This document shows, one piece after another, positions 60,916-64,000 of a DNA stretch of 64,000 bases (its first letter is position 1; the number at the start of each line of letters is the position of its first letter). Position numbers and translations under genes: made by a program. Origin of the DNA: Selaginella moellendorffii (Eukaryota > Plantae > Lycopodiophyta); NCBI RefSeq assembly GCF_000143415.4, contig NW_003314307.1, positions 1,313,684 to 1,377,683 of the forward strand, read 5' to 3'. The notes beneath the pieces were generated by a model. That model ran no database searches, was not told where the DNA came from, and worked only from the letters and a program-made list of their open reading frames with translations.

Positions 60916-63789
60916 AGTGCTAATACGGGTCAAGGGGTGAAAGCCCAAAGCGTGTGTCTCCCGGGGGGGGGGGGCTGCAGGGGGTTCCAAAAGTATAGTA
61001 GGGATAGTGAGGTCCAGGAACCAGTCTTGAAGGAACTCTTCAGTGGTGCTTCCAAACCGACTTGAGGTTGAGACTGGGGCCGAGGGGCCTTGGGTGGGAG
61101 TGAGCATGGGCTTGGGTGGTGCCGGAGGGGCCACCCAGGGAAGTGTTCAAGAGCAACTCCCACTCCCGAAAGGGAAACCGACTGCGGTGCTCCCGGCTCA
61201 TGTGGAGTGGTGCCCCACTTGAGTACCTTGCGGCTCATTGGTCCTCGCCCTTCCTAGGGGCTTGGGCCTTCCCTTCGGGATGGAACTGGGGGGGTAAAGG
61301 TACCCATACCGGGCCGTTAGGCCACGGTGTTTCGCCCCGACGTCCCGAAGCAAGTGCTACACCCAAGGCTTGGGATTTAGAGGGTCCCATGATCAAGTCT
61401 TATTGTACCAAGGGGTGTTAGGAACCTGGAGGCTTGGTGTGCTTGGCTGCTTGTGCCTGCGGGGAGTGTAGCCAAACCTTAAGTCCAGTCTAACCTGGGG
61501 AGGGGGATTGGGAGAGATTTAGGTATCTGTAGATGGATGGCTAACACTCCGTTGCTCGTGCAGTGAGTAGCTGAAACCAAGTAGGACCAAGTAGGAGCTG
61601 GTACAATAGGCAAGAACCTTGGCAAGGGAACTTAGCACAAGCCAAGGCAGTGTTGGTCGGATAAATGAGGTAAGCTAGCAAATTGGAAAGGAAAAATTTG
61701 TGACTTACATAAGGATCTAAAACCAAACTACCTTCAAACTTCCCTCAAAAGGGTAGTAGATGTCATGAACGACTCTATACCAAAGTTTGTCATATAATAT
61801 GTAACTTTGAACTAAGAATTGGATCACATACCTCAATTTAAACTTCACCCGACTTAATAGTCATATTGACTTTGGCCTTTGGGTAGGGACATTCTTTTGA
61901 GAAGTGTCCTACTTCACTGCAATTGTAATATATGTTGTTTCTCACACTGCTAGCAGACTTGGTGTTTTTATCAATGAGTTTGTCCTTTTTTGCTAGACTC
62001 CCCACGTACTTGTTCTTTAGCCTCTGGATCTACCTTTTGAAAAACTTGAGGGCTCATTCTTAGAAAAACTTTTCCTGAATTTTCCTTTACCATATGTCCC
62101 CCTTGGTCTAACTCCTTGGATAAATGTGGACCCCAATCCTGTTGTGTTCCCTTTTCATAGATTATCCTTGAAATGCATCTTAATAGTTACATCCAATGCT
62201 TCATTGTAGTTAGTCAGGTTCCAATACATCATCTCGCCCCAAGCCAAAGTTTGTAAACCTCATATGAAGGCATGAAACACATCCATGTCACCCATGTTTA
62301 TGACAAGGATCCTCTTGGCCATAAATACATTTATATACATTTGAATGGTTTTTATCTGCTTTAGCTTACTTAGTTTCTCCCTTAAATGTAGAGTATCATT
62401 TGGAGGAACATAAGTTGCATGGATCTTTGACTTCATCACTTCAAGTGGCCACTGGTCCTTTGTTAGCCTCTGTTGTTCTCCACCAAGCCTTAGCCTTATC
62501 TATTAAATATGGTTTTGCATATGGGACTTTTTTAGAGGTCGGTAACTACAATGCTTGGAAATGATCCTCTATATTATAAAATCAATCCTCTACCATTTTA
62601 CAGTCATTCACTCACTTGAAGACTGGTGGGGGTTTTGGTTTGTACTTGAGAACTACTTGAGAGACTGATTCTACTTTAATTTGTTCGACATTATTTAGTT
62701 CTACCTTAGTTCCTATGCCTTCTGCACTACTAGCATTTATAGTTTTTTGCCTTTTCTTCTACTTTTTGTCACACTTTAACTTGCGTATGAGGGTTTTAGT
62801 AGGGCATTGGTTTATGCCAATTGTCTTTCCAAAGCATCTAATTGAGTCTTGGACAATCGAACCTCACCATCAAACTTTTGTTTAAAAGTTTCTTCATTAG
62901 AGTCCTCCTTATGCAAGGAAATCTCATTTATAGCTTTTTATTCGACTGGAGGCTCCATCTCTAGAGGAGGTTTTGTCTTTTCCTTGGTCCACTTATACTC
63001 TACCTTAGCCATCTCCTAGTAATTCACTTCTATCCTTTGCTAGAATTGAGGAAAATATTTTGATACTAAATTGTAAGCCACAATTTTTTCCTTTCCAATT
63101 TGCATGCTTACCTTGTCTATCCAACCACCATGACCTTAGCCTTAGTTAAGTTCTCTTACTAAGGTTCCTACCTATTGTACCAACTCCTATTTGGTCATAC
63201 TTGGATTCAGCTATACACTGCATAAGTCATAGGTTATTAATAATCTATCTACAGATTTCCAAATTCTTTCCCAATCTCCCTCCTTGGGTTAAATTGGATT
63301 TAAGGTTTTGCTACACTCCCCATAGGCACAAGCATTCAAGCACATCAAGCTTCTAAATTCCTAACATCCCTAAGTACAATAAGATTTAATCATAGAACCT
63401 TCTAAATCCCAAGCTTTAGATGCATCTCTTACTTTGGGATTCTAGGGACAAACACCATGGCTTAACGGCTTAGTATAGGTACCCCTACTCCCCCATTTCT
63501 ATGGGTAGGAGTGAGGACTAATGAGTTGCATGGTACTCAAGTGGGGCACCACTTCATATAAGCTAGAAGCACTGTAGATGGTTTCACTTCCAAGAGTGGA
63601 GTTGCTCTTAAGCACTTTCTTGGATGGCCTCTTTGATACCACTCGAGTCCATGCTCACTCCTACTCAAAGCCCCTAACCCCTAGTGCTAACCTTGAGTCA
63701 ATTTGGAAGCATTATTAGAAAGTTCCTTCAAAACTGTTTTCTAAATCTCACTATCCCTACTATACTTTTGGAACCCTTTGTTAAATATC

Positions 63790-64000
63790 AATCTTAACTT
63801 GTGGTGTGATTCCCCTAATCAACTAATAGAGCCAAACCTAAAACTTCTCTAATACCAAATATAAACTTATGAATTTAAACCTCTTGGGAGGTTACTTAAT
63901 TCAATATTATTTAAACCCAAGGACGCTTAACCCCAACTATCCCAAGACCTTTAATTAATTTACAACAGAGATGCATTCTTATTCAAAAGCCCTTCTCTCT
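63790..64000 (-). mobile_element. Partial decayed Cassandra-like TRIM at the window edge
   Basis: Reverse complement of the 8988-9260 LTR/PBS region (CTCTAATACCAAA PBS; CTCTTGGGAGGTTAC 5S-like segment). Confidence 0.65.

Larger units (their letters stand above)
40606..61709 (+). mobile_element. Ty3/Gypsy chromovirus (element C), relatively young, interrupted by DNA transposon copy 2
   Basis: LTRs 40606-41532 (containing the N gap) and 60551-61709 (TGTAAG...TTACA); TSD TAAGG; Met-like PBS at ~41534; PPT at ~60539-60550. Gag with CYNCGEVGHFSREC, protease ILIDMGAS, RT YIDD, RNaseH, integrase and chromodomain are present. Confidence 0.95.
37651..63779 (-). mobile_element. Old, decayed chromovirus of the same family as element C, split by element C at 40601-40605/61710-61714
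   Basis: 3' LTR remnant 37651-38198, with the hexamer array at ~37840-38115; integrase, RT and protease remnants at 38600-40605; gag at 61715-63070; 5' LTR at 63072-~63779. All are reverse-complement homologous to element C with heavy C>T/G>A decay. Confidence 0.85.

Overview
Eukaryotic plant genomic DNA. The ~50-100 bp introns, dense genes, TTTAGGG repeats and Met/Trp tRNA primer sites are most consistent with a compact-genome early-diverging land plant such as Selaginella (inference). Bases 1-8.4 kb hold three host genes: an alpha-amylase (5' end outside the window), an intronless Prp5/DDX46/RH42 DEAD-box helicase and a UGT80 sterol glucosyltransferase. The rest is a nest of transposons: Cassandra-like 5S-bearing TRIMs, a self-priming chromovirus (9897-36129), a tRNA-Trp-primed Gypsy nested in it (14046-34121), and a young chromovirus (40606-61709) inserted into an old relative. 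The main finding is a ~13.8 kb DNA transposon present twice in opposite orientation (17472-31226 and 45913-59688), each copy with 24-bp TIRs and its own 4-bp TSD. It encodes a Sola-like DDE transposase. It also carries a divergently transcribed multi-exon cargo gene that splices into one >=1,600 aa protein: ParB/Srx-like domain, degenerate amino-methyltransferase-like domain, acidic and Pro-rich linkers, and an FCP1-like HAD phosphatase. More than 20 copies of a 22-bp palindrome (ATGGCRTG-N6-CAYGCCAT) are spread along the element, many inside its introns. This suggests a self-recognition system (parS-like, or VANC-like anti-silencing). A second finding is spliceosomal introns within the integrase of a Ty3/Gypsy family, one of them shared with an older copy. 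All domain calls are by eye from motifs; no database search was run.
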